Positions 1 through 11,456 of a DNA stretch of 64,000 nucleotides are shown here, piece by piece (position 1 is the first letter of the stretch; each line of letters begins with the position of its first letter). The stretch spans positions 1,661,561 to 1,725,560 of the forward strand of contig MU006089.1 in NCBI GenBank assembly GCA_010093705.1, written 5' to 3'. Below the pieces are notes generated by a model. That model was not told the DNA's origin and made no database searches. It saw nothing but the letters and a program-made list of their open reading frames with translations. A program made the translations under genes and the position numbers. The DNA comes from Patellaria atrata CBS 101060 (lineage: Eukaryota).

Positions 1-1357
1 TTTTTTTTAAAAAAAAAAAAAGTTTGATTTGTATGCCCTCCTTGAAACATATCCAGGTGTGTCTTATTTCGCATTTTCTCTGTGTAGCACGACGTTTCTC
101 AAGGGGAAGTTGGGCTTTGTTCTCCATGCGGCTCGGATGCACACCTCACGGCCTGCAAAAGACATGGCGCAGAGGATCAAAAAAGATGACAGGCAATGGG
201 AAATCAAAGTACGACGAAAAGATTCTCAGACAAGGCAGCGATTGCGCCTGCTCCGAGAATCGCATTCTATTTCAATCATATGTACTGTATCATCACCTCA
301 GCAACTACGCATGAGATCTGACAGCGTATGCACCGGCAATAACAACACCATAGATCTCTGGTATACGTACAGTACTGTGTAGAGACCGGGTATAGGTGAT
401 ACAAGATCTATATTTGAACGAGTTGGGAAGAAAAAAAGAAAGCCTCATTGGGCAAATGACATCCCTGAGTCTCTCTGTCAGCCATACTCATCACCCCCTT
501 AGCTGCTGCTGAGGTTTCGATGAGGTTGAATATGGGGGGCTAAAGGCAACGCACACACTTACCTGAGAGGAATGTGTTAAAATCAAGAAGATAAATATTT
601 AGAGAGATGAAGTAGCATAGCGAACAAGATAAATCTATATGCTGTCTGATATTGAATTGTTTGCTTCTTCAAGTGCAGCTAAAGATTGTGCTTTTTTTCT
701 TTAGCAATCAACCAAAGGCGAACCTATTCATAGGGCACTTGGGCGATTTTGGGAGACTTTTGGAGGTTTAGCCCCGTCATTTGGCTGCTCGGGGGGACTG
801 GCAGGGGGTTCCCTCTTTTTTCGCCGGAGCCGAGTGACTTTTTCGCCTGGCCAACAATCTAAACCCAATTTTTTTTCCCTCTACCCTTCTTCCTCACACA
901 TCATAGAGGATACCAACCTCATACCTCATCCCATTTACATCCTCTATCATCGGTTTTCTGTCTCAGAGCCGATTGCATTTGGATTCGAAGTTTCTTTACC
1001 TCGAATCCTCACTTCCGACTTATCGGTAGCTTTTTTCAGCGACAGCCTCGCACTCCTTTGCTGGAGCGACGTGCGCCACGAGAGGGACTTGACAGCATTG
1101 GGTTCTTGACCTACCCGGCCGACTTTCCTTCACCATATTCAATTCACTTTTTCCCTTCTTTTTCTTCTTGAGTTAGTTCGACTCTCCCCTCAACCGAGAC
1201 CTCATAATAGCTGCTGCATCTTAAAGCAACAGTGACCCCGAAAGTTTCAAGCGTAGATCGCTCTACCTACCGCTTACAGCATCCTCTGAAACATTTGACG
1301 GCCTCCGAACATCACACTAAACGCTCTCATCAACTCAAACGCAAACCCAACTTTCTA

Positions 1358-4300
1358 ATGACAACCTCCGTTTCTCCAGCGATAAATTCACCAACCGCCG
1401 CACAGTCAGCTCAAAACGCCACCTCATCCGCTGCATCAGGATCGACGTCGCCTTTAGCTGCTGTGCCGGCACAGCAGTCCTCAGCGCCCCTGTCCTACGC
1501 AAACGCGACCAAGAAGACGTTTTCACAAGGGCCTGACATTGCTAGGAGTACACCTCCACCCGCCGTGGGAGGTTCAACTCCGGTGCAGCATGGGAAGTCG
1601 GGCTCGATTTCGACGGTGAACGGTCAAAACCCGATTCAACCTGCTCTTCCAAACATTAGCGGTCCGACCATCGCAAAAGGTAGCGGTATCGCCAACGGCG
1701 CTTCCATCAAGCCCGATCACTCCAGGACTCAATCCAACGTGACGATAAATGCGCCTGGTGGTTCATATATACCGAACGGGAACACCACAGCTCTGCCAAG
1801 CAATAGACCAAACCTTCAGTTTGGCTCCGTAAACGCAGGTTCTTCACCAGCCTTGTCGAATATTGTCCCCCATCATACCCCGAGCGCTTCCTTGTCAGCT
1901 TCTCTGGGTAACCCTCGAGTGACCTCACCAGCAAACTCACCACAACCCATTCCTCAACCACCCGCGAGTGGAGGAAGGCCACCAACCGGTCTTCCAAACC
2001 AAGGGGCGCCAATCGCATTCGGCAACATGGGTGGTGAAGTAGGTGAACATAGTGTAAGTGAAGATTGTGGTTTCCCAAAACTCTTAAGCGAAAGCAACTC
2101 TAATGCCAAGATTCAGATGCGGCCTGTATCTATGCCTCCTCAACAACAGAACCCTGTGCCTCCTCATCCACAGCATCTTCGCCGAGAATCTTCTCAATCC
2201 GCACACGGCGATATGAGCGGTGCAGGACGAGGAGCATTTCGACCAAACACCGGACGTGGAGGGTCATATAATTCAAACTTTAACAATAATCTCCAATACT
2301 CACCGTCTCCGCAGTACCGACCCTCACCGACTCAGTCTCGGTCCAATCCTGTACCCCAGTTTCCAGGTCAAATGGGACACCCGAATTCGCCCTTCCGTCA
2401 AAATAGGACTCCAACTTTAGCTCCTGCTACAATGCAGCAACAAGCACATTTTGCGAATAATGCGCAAATGGTTCACCCTCAGTACGGGTATGCTCAGCAA
2501 CACCTTCAACCGCAACAAGTAAATACACCAATTTCTTCACCTAACGAATTTTCTGAACAACAAAACAATTCTTTTCTTTCAGCAAATGTGACGGCTTCTT
2601 CAAATAATTTTCCTTCAACCACTACCCCTATCAACCCTAAGGATTTTGCACAAAAGTTTCCTTCGCCAGATTTCTCTAATGGCGGTTTCAATCAGTATCT
2701 GACAATCCTAAAGCACCAGGGCGGTTATGGCATGCCTCCTACTTTTGATCCTACGTATGCTGCATACTACCAGACCCCTTACGGTATGATGCCTCAAGGG
2801 ATGGCTTATCCAAATCCTCCGAGTCCCCGATCGTTTTCCAACCAACCACCCCACGCACATCAAGCGTACATGCAGGGGCAGTATGCAAACATGCCTTCGG
2901 CGCATGGGATGTCACGAAGTAACTCGCAGTTATCCGAACGTCCCCCCTCGACTCTTCACCAACCCCCTACTCCAGCGGTACAAGCTGCGAATCACGTTTC
3001 TACTCCCAGTCAGACTTCTGCTAGTCCGGCGCCCAGCTCTACGTTCACGATCCCGGCTAGGACAAAGAGCAAAGGTATTGTAATTAAGAATCCTGACGGC
3101 GAGGTAGTGACATTCGACAACAAGAAGTCTGTTTCTCCAGCACCTGCTTCAAAGCCAAAATCTCCAGGTCCCGCTATCGTTTCTTCAACTCCTACTCCCA
3201 CCCCTCCCCCTCCGCGTGCCGTTCCTGAACAACAACACGTGCGGACGGAGAGTCATTCTGCTAAGACCGCTGAAGACACCAAACATGATTTCATGATGAG
3301 GGTACGAGCATCAGTTAGCGAGAATGAAGCAGAAAAGAAGCGGAAGGAAGAAGAAGAGGCCGCGAGGATTGCGAAGGAAAAGGAGGAAGCCGAGGCTAAA
3401 GCTGCGAAAGAGAGAGAAGAAGCAGAAGCCAAGGCTGCAAAGGAAAAGGAAGAAGCCGAAAAAGCTGCTGCTGAGGCTAAAGCAAAGGAAGAGGAGGAGA
3501 AGGCTAAGAAAGAAGCTGAAGAGAAGAAGAAGCGCGAAGATGAAGAATTTGAGCGTATGATTGCTGAGCTAGAAGCTAAGGAACGCGAAGAAGAAGAGCG
3601 AGAGAAAGCTTTTGCCGAGAAGAAGAGGAAGCAAAAGGAAGAAGCTGATAAGAAGGCTGCTGAAGCCGCTGCTAATGCCGAAGAGGAATTGCGCCGACAA
3701 GAACGGGAAGCAGAAGCTCTTGAGGAGGCCAAACTGAAAGGCAAATCAGGCGACGGTGACAGCGCCGAATCTAAAGCAGAAGCAGAGAAGCTCTTTGCTT
3801 CTCTCAAGAAGCCTACCCTCGGTCCAGGAGCAAACGCCGCGCCCGAAAGTGGTACTTCAACCCCCGTGTCTGATACTTCGATGCCCCCTCCAGCACAGCC
3901 AGCTTCAAGGGCCGCTACCGGTAGTAAGCCGAAACCACATCCACTCAAGCTCCAGACGGATAAACCTGTTGAGCCTGCTCAACCGACAGCAGGTATGCAA
4001 GCCTTAAGGTCTGCTCGCTTCATCATGATCCAAAATGAGATCAAGTACCCAGAAGGAGTACAGTCGCCGAATCCCGCACTTATTCAAAGCTCGAAGAGTG
4101 GTAAAGGTCGTCAATATGATCTTTCCTTCTTGAAGCAGTTCCAGACGGCATACAAAGAGAAACCCTCTGTCGATTGGGATCAAAAACTCAAGGAAACTGT
4201 TGGAGATTCTTCAGACTCAGCTAGACCTCAATCAGCACGCACGCCATCTATGGGTATGGGTAGCAGACAAGGCTCCCGACCGGGCTTACCGTCCACAATG

Positions 4301-6108
4301 TCTGCTGGTGGCGTGATGGGCAATTTCGGTCAACCTGGCCGTACCTTGCCTCCTGGCACGACATCTCAAGAACGCTTCAATGCTTCTATGAGGGGTCCTC
4401 CAACTATGATCAACCCTCTGGCTTCACTCGCTAGGCAGGGCGGTGGCTTCCCTATGGGTGCTCCTCCTCCCATGTCCCGGACAAATTCTCTCCAAGCGAT
4501 GGGACAACCTAATTCCCCACGCACTAACAGCACCAGGGGCAAAGGTAGTCGACGTGGTGGTCTCGATAAGGCTCCAAGTCGTCGTGAAGAGGAACAAGCC
4601 GCTAAGACCATGCCTCTTACTGCAGGTATGGAATTGAAACCACTTGAGGTCTCATCAAGTGGTTGGAAGCCAGCAAGCATTGTCCCCAGTGCTGCTCCTC
4701 AAACCACTACTGCCAATGGACTTATGGCTCCAGATATGGTGCAACGTAAAGTCAAGGCTGCTCTCAACAAGATGACACCTGAGAACTTTGATAGGATCGC
4801 AGATCAAATTCTTGACATCGCTGCGCAATCGAAACATGAGACTGATGGACGCACATTACGACAGGTCATTCAGCTCACTTTCGAAAAAGCTTGCGATGAA
4901 GCGCATTGGGCGTCCATGTATGCTAAATTCTGCAAGCGTATGTTGGAGACTATGAACCCAGATGTCAAGGATGAGAACGTCAGAGACAAAGCTGGCAATC
5001 CTGTTGTTGGCGGAGCTCTTTTCCGGAAATACCTACTCAATAGATGTCAAGAAGAGTTCGAGCGTGGTTGGGATATCAACCTTCCCACCAAGGCCGAAGG
5101 AGAAGGCGCAGAAGCTCTCATGCTTTCGGATGAATATTACATCGCTGCTGCTGCTAAACGTCGCGGTTTAGGTCTCATCCAGTTCATTGGTGAGCTTTAC
5201 AAGCTTGGAATGTTGACACTTCGCATCATGCACGAGTGTGTGCTCAAATTGCTCAACTTTGAGGGCATGCCGGAAGAGTCTAGCGTAGAGAGCCTGGTCA
5301 AGTTACTCAGAACGATCGGTGCCACCATGGATTCCACCGACAACGGACCTAAAATGATCGCCTTGTACTTTGAACGTATCGAGAAGGTTATGGCTATGGA
5401 GGGCTTGCCAAGCAGGTTGCGCTTCATGCTTTTGGATACTGTTGATCTAAGGAAGAAGGCCTGGAGATCCAAGGAGGATTCGAAGGGTCCGAAGACTATC
5501 TCCGAAATCCATGCAGAAGCTGCTGCCGCTCAACAAGCGGCTGAAGTTGAGAGGCAGAAGATGAATCAACGTGGTGGTGGTGGTGGTGGTGGGCGTATGC
5601 CTATGGGACGTGGAGATGCTCGGTCGTTCTCTAGCGGTGGTATGATGCCGCCTCCCAGTTACTCCACCAATGTTGGCGTAGATGACCTCAGAAAGCTTTC
5701 CAAGAACGCACGGAATCTTAGTCAAGGTCCCGGCTCCTTTGGACCGTCTATGTTCGCTTCACGAAGCAGCAGTGGACGCAAAGGCCTTGCTCCTGGTGTG
5801 AGCAGAGCGGGTGAAGAGTCTGCTGCATCATCCAGGACAGCTACTCCTCCAAGCAAGGAGAAGGAATCGACTACGAGCGTCAATGCTTTCAGGTAAGCCC
5901 AGTACAATTCTCATTTCAATAATAACGGCTTAAATAACAATCGAATAGTGCACTTGCAGGTCTAGATGCTTCGGGCGAAGGTGCTGATGATGTTGCCTCT
6001 CCTCCGTCAACCGCTTCCTCCCCTCCAGTGGCCAAAACCCAACCGGCCGATATTCAAACACGATCAAAATCACCCGGCGGCGCTGCCGCTTCCACTGAAG
6101 GCGCTTAA
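1358..6108 (+). CDS. TIF4631: Eukaryotic translation initiation factor 4G (eIF4E-binding region, MIF4G domain)
   Basis: eIF4E-binding motif YDLSFLKQF and MIF4G core (KVKAALNKMTPENF...FEKACDEAHWASMYAKFC...IQFIGELYKL). First ATG is 1358. Likely introns 2054-2116, 2519-2719 and 5893-5948; the last exon ends ...STEGA-TAA at 6108. Confidence 0.95.
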
Positions 6109-7627
6109 ATGATACCCAAAAACGTAAGGAGAGGAGAGGTTTCGCAACATCATCTACTACACGTTTCGTTCTGACATAGAGTTTCCGCTTGCGCGCATAA
6201 TACTGTATTGCATTTTCAGGGTGGGTCATTATCATCGACCACAATGTCTTAAAAAGTCTGGCATTTGCTGTTTTAGTATATTTTCCTTTTGCTCTTCCTT
6301 TACGGAGATGGGTGGTGGGTGAAATATAGACTGGCTGGTGGGTGGTCTGTATCTTTGCCGCTTTCCCCTGGTTTTTGGATGCGGGACAGGTTTATCGTCC
6401 CCTTTTCACCAGGTAAAAGGTCTACTTTCGCTGTAGCATCATATCATTCTCACGGCGGGGGATTGCAATGGTCTTTTCAAGTTCGATTCTTTCACATGTT
6501 TTATAGTTTCCATGTTTCCTTTGATCGTCTTATAAGCGTGTGCTGCACAAGTCGGGCGGTTGGGACAGGGTTGCGGAATAATGCGCTTTTCTTTCAATTT
6601 CCAGTCTTGAAAGATTTCTCTCTACATTTCCTCTTTAAGAGATCTGATCCTTGGGATATGTGATTCCTCAGATCATCTCTCTCTCTCTCTCTTATTTGAC
6701 AGTAGTAGGTATTCGCTAATTGCGACCTACTACTAAGTGCTAGATGGTGGATGGGATCCTCATGGGCTCTGTGTATAATGCTTTAATCGATATTCGGGAA
6801 TCTTTCAAATGCTATGGGATTTTGTGGTTATGTGACTCGTGATTATACATAAGTATGGGAGAGCTATTGGTTCTCATACTCAGGCAATAACAATCATAGC
6901 TACGGTAACCCTCCGAAGAGAAGATATGTGCACGACATGCTTCATGATCCTACAGTATGGTTTTCATAATTTCTGAAATTTGTTCCCCTCAAAAGGATAT
7001 GGATGACGTGCAGACCAATAAGTTTGATCGTCAGTGCCCGCATCATGGCTGCAGAGAATCCTTTTAAACTCCACAAGCAAAATTTCTCGCATATTGACTG
7101 AGCAGCGTGTCAAGGACCCTTCCCTGTGCATATATGCCACTGCTGTAATTCTATAAGGATGAGGTATGGCTGTGCTGGGATTTAGTTTGGTGGAATAATA
7201 GAGCTTTGGGGGAGGAAGTCGTAAGCATGATGTAGCTGCGTCTTTGGAAGCAGGTTTCGCGCTCATGAGATGATCGTAACTGGTACTACCTTTTTATACA
7301 TAATTAGAAGGTGCATTTAGTTACTGTACAGTAAGTAGGTATAGTACCAATGTAGGTGGGACGTCATAGCCTCCCGTCCCTCCTTCCCCACCGAGGGGAA
7401 GAGCTACCTGCTTATAGGGTTATTTGTATAAAGGAGACCGACATCACCAGCCACATCCCCGACTCTCTTAAGTTCTCCATTACCTTATCTTACCATACCT
7501 TACTCAGGCATCAAAGAAACCAGATTTATCACCTCAAGCTAATTCATCTTCACATCCTAATTCCAGTCAGGCAAAAACCACAAAGAACCAAAACACACCC
7601 AGAAGTTCAAAACTGACAACTTTCACG

Positions 7628-8267
7628 ATGACAGACAATAACCAGAACAAAGGTACTTCCCCATTTCCTCCTTCCCCTTCCCCACCATCCCATCCCATCC
7701 CATCCCATCCCATCCCATCCCATCCCATCCCATCCCATCCCATCTAATCCCATCCCATCTAATCCCATCCCATCTAATCCCATCCCATCTAATCCCATCC
7801 CATCTAATCCCATCCCATCCCATCCCATCTAATCCCATTCCAACCTCCCCATTCCACACCTTTCTCCCACACTAACACCAACATCTCCCCCACAGGTCCC
7901 CTCAGCACCCTCGCAAGCGGCACAGGAAAAACAGCCGGCAGCGCAGTCGACACGACCGGGCGAGCTGTAGGTGGACTCACAGGCGCACTGGGCGAGGGCG
8001 TCGGTGCGGTCGGTCGCGGGGTCGGGGATACGGTTTCTGGTGTCACGGGCGGTGTTGGGGATACGGTGTCAGGTACGTGGGATGATCTTTGGGGTTTTGA
8101 AATGGGGGTTGGGTTTAAAATTGGGGGGAGTTGATATGGGAGGTAGGTTGGGTCACACGGGCTAATGCGGAATAGGAGCGGGAAAGACGGTGTCGGATAC
8201 GTCGAAGAGTGCGGGGGATAAGTTGGGGGGGAAGGAGCAGACGGGGCAGAATCCTTTGGGGTTGTGA
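7628..8267 (+). CDS. Small (97 aa) Gly/Thr/Val-rich LEA-like protein with 11-mer repeats, ending NPLGL
   Basis: Spliced by hand from exons 7628-7652, 7896-8072 and 8176-8267 (GT..CTAAC..CAG and GTACGT..CTAAT..TAG introns). Product MTDNNQNKGPLSTLASGTGKTAGSAVDTTGRAVGGLTGALGEGVGAVGRGVGDTVSGVTGGVGDTVSGAGKTVSDTSKSAGDKLGGKEQTGQNPLGL. TATA-like TATAAA near 7427. Confidence 0.85.
7685..7838. repeat. (CCATC)n microsatellite grading into a (CCATCTAATCCCATC)n 15-mer repeat, inside intron 1
   Basis: Directly visible tandem array. Confidence 0.97.
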
Positions 8268-8395
8268 GGGGGAATGTAGTGGTTATGATGGGAAAGGGGG
8301 GGAAATTGTATCAGTAGGGTGATGTCGAGGGCTTGTGACTTTTATGACGTGTTGAACCTTCGTTTTGAACAATACAATTATTTCAAGGGTATGAT

Positions 8396-9380
8396 CTATT
8401 CATGCGACCATTCAGGTTTCTGCTTCGCTGCGAACGCGCCCATACCTGCTCATAGTTAGCGTTACAAAGAAGAAGCGCAAAGACGATGTCGACCCTACCG
8501 ATTTTCTGATCTTTACTCCCAAAAAGCCCATGAAACACCCTCCGCTCAAACTCCACGCCCTCCCTGACCCCCAGATCTTGACTCTTGTTGACGACTTCCT
8601 TCGCCGCCTTCACCGCTATCCGGCTATACCCCGCAATCTTCTCCGCCGTCCCGAGCGCGCCCTCCAGACACTCCTCCGGCGTCTCGAAGCACTTGGCCGC
8701 GAGCCCCCACTCAGCAGCATGCTTGCCGCTGAAGTTCTCGCCCGTCAAAATGATCTCCATAGCCTTGGACTTCCCGATAGCCTTGGTAAGCCGCTGCGAC
8801 CCACCGGCACCTGGTATGGTGCCGAGTTTGATCTCCGGCTGCCCGAGCGTCGCGCCGGCAGAAGTATACATTATATCTGCCATCATGGCGAGCTCGCAGC
8901 CGCCGCCGAGCGCGTACCCGTTCACGGCTGCTATGATTGGTTTTTTTATGGTTGTGAGGGTCGCGGTCCAGAGCTCGATGAAGTCGGTGCCGTAGGCCGT
9001 CGAGAAGGTCAGGTCCTTCATCTCTTTTATGTCGGCGCCGGCGGCGAAGGCTTTGGGGGAGCCGGTTAGCACGATCGCGCCGACGGAGGGGGTTGCGTCG
9101 AGATTTTTGAGGGCGGCGTTGAGTTCGTGGAAGAGGGGGGTGAAGAGGGCGTTGAGGGCTTTGGGGCGGTTGAGGGTTACTGGGAGGAGTGTTAGTGAGG
9201 GTGACATTTCGCTATCGAAAAGTAGCTTCACATACTTAGACCTACCCCGGGCTTGGGGTTGGAAACTTTGAGATATTCATATTCTTTCGGAGCTTCTGAG
9301 GAGTATGGTCGAACGATGCGGGGGAACGATGGAGTGACAAATCTGGAAGCGATTGCTCTGGTGGCACGTAAGCTGCTCAT
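8396..9380 (-). CDS. echA: Mitochondrial short-chain enoyl-CoA hydratase (crotonase family)
   Basis: Arg-rich presequence MSSLRATRAIASR and motifs ITLNRPKALNAL, AFAAGADIKEM, GYALGGGCELAM, QPEIKLGTIPGAGG. Introns 9180-9235 and 8446-8498; ends KPEWSHE-TAG. Confidence 0.93.
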
Positions 9381-9495
9381 GGCGAGTGAGATGTATATCA
9401 GGTGTTCAATTGAGGCAAAGATCAAGTTCGAAATGTGAAATATTATGGAGATACATAATGAGAGAGGGTATCGTTGTAGCTTAAACCATGAATAC

Positions 9496-9501
9496 CCGAG
9501 G
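9496..9501. promoter_or_regulatory. CCGAGG (CCTCGG) FarA/CTF1-type fatty-acid induction element in the echA/RER1 divergent promoter
   Basis: Hexamer lies ~115 bp upstream of the echA ATG. CCTCGG is the known FarA/FarB site upstream of fungal beta-oxidation genes, but a hexamer can occur by chance. Confidence 0.45.
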
Positions 9502-9777
9502 TTCCCCAGAAGTTCGGGAAAAGTTCCGCATCCACGTGACTCAACCTTAGCGTCAACCTTAGCGGAGCCCTTTGAGCCTCAGTTTCAAGCCTCAGAAACA
9601 AACGGGGGGCTGAGCCAACAATTTTGAGACACGATAATTATTCTCTTATTCTCGACACCTACGGCGCCTCGTTTCAACCAACAATTCAGTCATTGACAGT
9701 CTTTCTTGGGAATACTTTTCTTCTCTTCATTCCCACACTCTCCGTTCTCTTCTTCCACACTCTCCTCGTTTGCCAAA

Positions 9778-10522
9778 ATGGATGCGCCTGAACCTGATAC
9801 CCCTTTCGCCGCAGTGAGCGCGCAGACAACGCGATATGGACGGGTAAGAAGCAAATACAGAGTGGGCATTAACTTACTGTCATCGCTAATGATTCCGCGT
9901 AAGATATATCAATCCTACCTCGATAGATCGACACCGTTTCGTACCTACAGATGGGCGAGCACGGGTACACTGCTTTTTCTCTTCTTCCTCAGAATAGTAT
10001 TTGCGCAAGGCTGGTATATCGGTAAAACAGACACAGTATCGCTTAGTGATTATATCTAACATATGTGTGAAGTCGCATATTCACTCGGCATATATCTCCT
10101 CAATTTGTTCCTCGCTTTCATATCCCCGAAATTCGACCCTTCTTTGGAACAAGATGAAGGCATGGAAGACGGGACCGCTGGTGGACTACCAACTAAAGAG
10201 GAAGAGGAATTTAGACCATTTGTGCGACGGCTGCCGGAGTTCAAGTTTTGGTATTCGGCCACCAGGGCAATTACGATCGGCTTCTTCTGCAGCTGGTTCG
10301 AGATCTTCAACCTTCCGGTATTCTGGCCCGTTCTGGTCATGTACTGGTTGATCCTCGTCTTCTTGACCAGTGCGTACCATTCTTCTTCTTATTGAGTTTG
10401 TCATGTGGATACATTGCTGAATACAGAAATCCATAGTGAGGAGACAGATCCAGCACATGATCAAGTACCGCTACGTCCCATTCACAGTCGGCAAGAAGCG
10501 ATTCTCTGGCCCCAACCATTAA
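9778..10522 (+). CDS. RER1: Golgi-to-ER retrieval receptor Rer1
   Basis: YQSYLDRSTP, YSLGIYLLNLFLAFISPKFDP, EEFRPFVRRLPEFKFW, RRQIQHMIKYRYVPF. Three introns. Confidence 0.95.
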
Positions 10523-11456
10523 TCGTTATCATTCTCAGGATACTGGATGCGGTGGGCCTCTGGACCACGGGAGCCTTGACCACTAGCATTGCGAGCGTTT
10601 GACGGGCGCAGACTTACATTGTAGACATAGGTACTGATTTCTTCTATGTGGCCATATTTAGGCATAGGGCTGAAACGATTGAGGTGACGGATCGGCGTTG
10701 CAGAATATGACGGTAGAGCACTTAGGTGAACGTAATAATGGATGAACAACCCAGGTAACTCCTTGGAGAAAAAGTGGCAGTGGTGGCTAATACATTATTT
10801 TCAAGTCACTGACTAAGGCAACTCGGAGGCATTCATCTTGCATTCTTGCAGCATAGAAATTTTGTAATACAATCATCTCATGTTCAAACATGAGCATGAT
10901 ACCCTAGCATTTTCGACTTTGTTGTTTTCTGATTGAGCGTGAGTGATCAATGCATTTTGATTGGCTAGGGACAGGACCGTCCTACTTAAAAATTTCGCAG
11001 AATGCAACACCACAACATCCTTTAGCACATGCTTCTCACAGCTGAATCATTGGTTATCAATCCAACGTCAATACCAAGGGTCTTGAATTGCTTGCATACC
11101 CGCTGATACCGCAGTACCAGCCTTCAGGTGCTCGTAGAATTTACAATTAGGATCCGATAACACTAATTCTTAACTGAGGATAGAACCATCTGGATTTCTT
11201 CAGGAACCCTCTCCATGTGCTTGCGTTGATAGGTTGTCAGTTCCTATCTAAAATGTTGAATTCTTCATCCCACGAGGATATTAACTCTAGAACAATGAGT
11301 TCACATCGACGCTGATCCGAGATCGCTTCGGCGGGGAAAGATGGAAGAGCAGCAGTAACATATCAAGAGGGGATGCTTCATGTCTCCCTCGTAAGTATCG
11401 TCTAGAACTCTACGGAAGTCTTTTCAGCAAAGGATACTCAGATTCTGCGCGACGTT

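Noticed and set aside
24..382. Two overlapping short ORFs at the window start
   Set aside because: No recognisable motif or splice structure, and they follow a homopolymer run; probably non-coding.
3253..3948. 231-aa antisense ORF
   Set aside because: Mirror of the Glu/Lys/Ala coiled-coil region of eIF4G.
7607..7859. GWDGM / GLDGM repeat ORFs on the minus strand
   Set aside because: Translation artefacts of the intronic (CCATC)n microsatellite.
11000..11456. Expected Pho4/NUC-1 CACGTG site upstream of BTA1
   Set aside because: No CACGTG found (only CACGAG near 11271), so phosphate regulation cannot be supported from this sequence.
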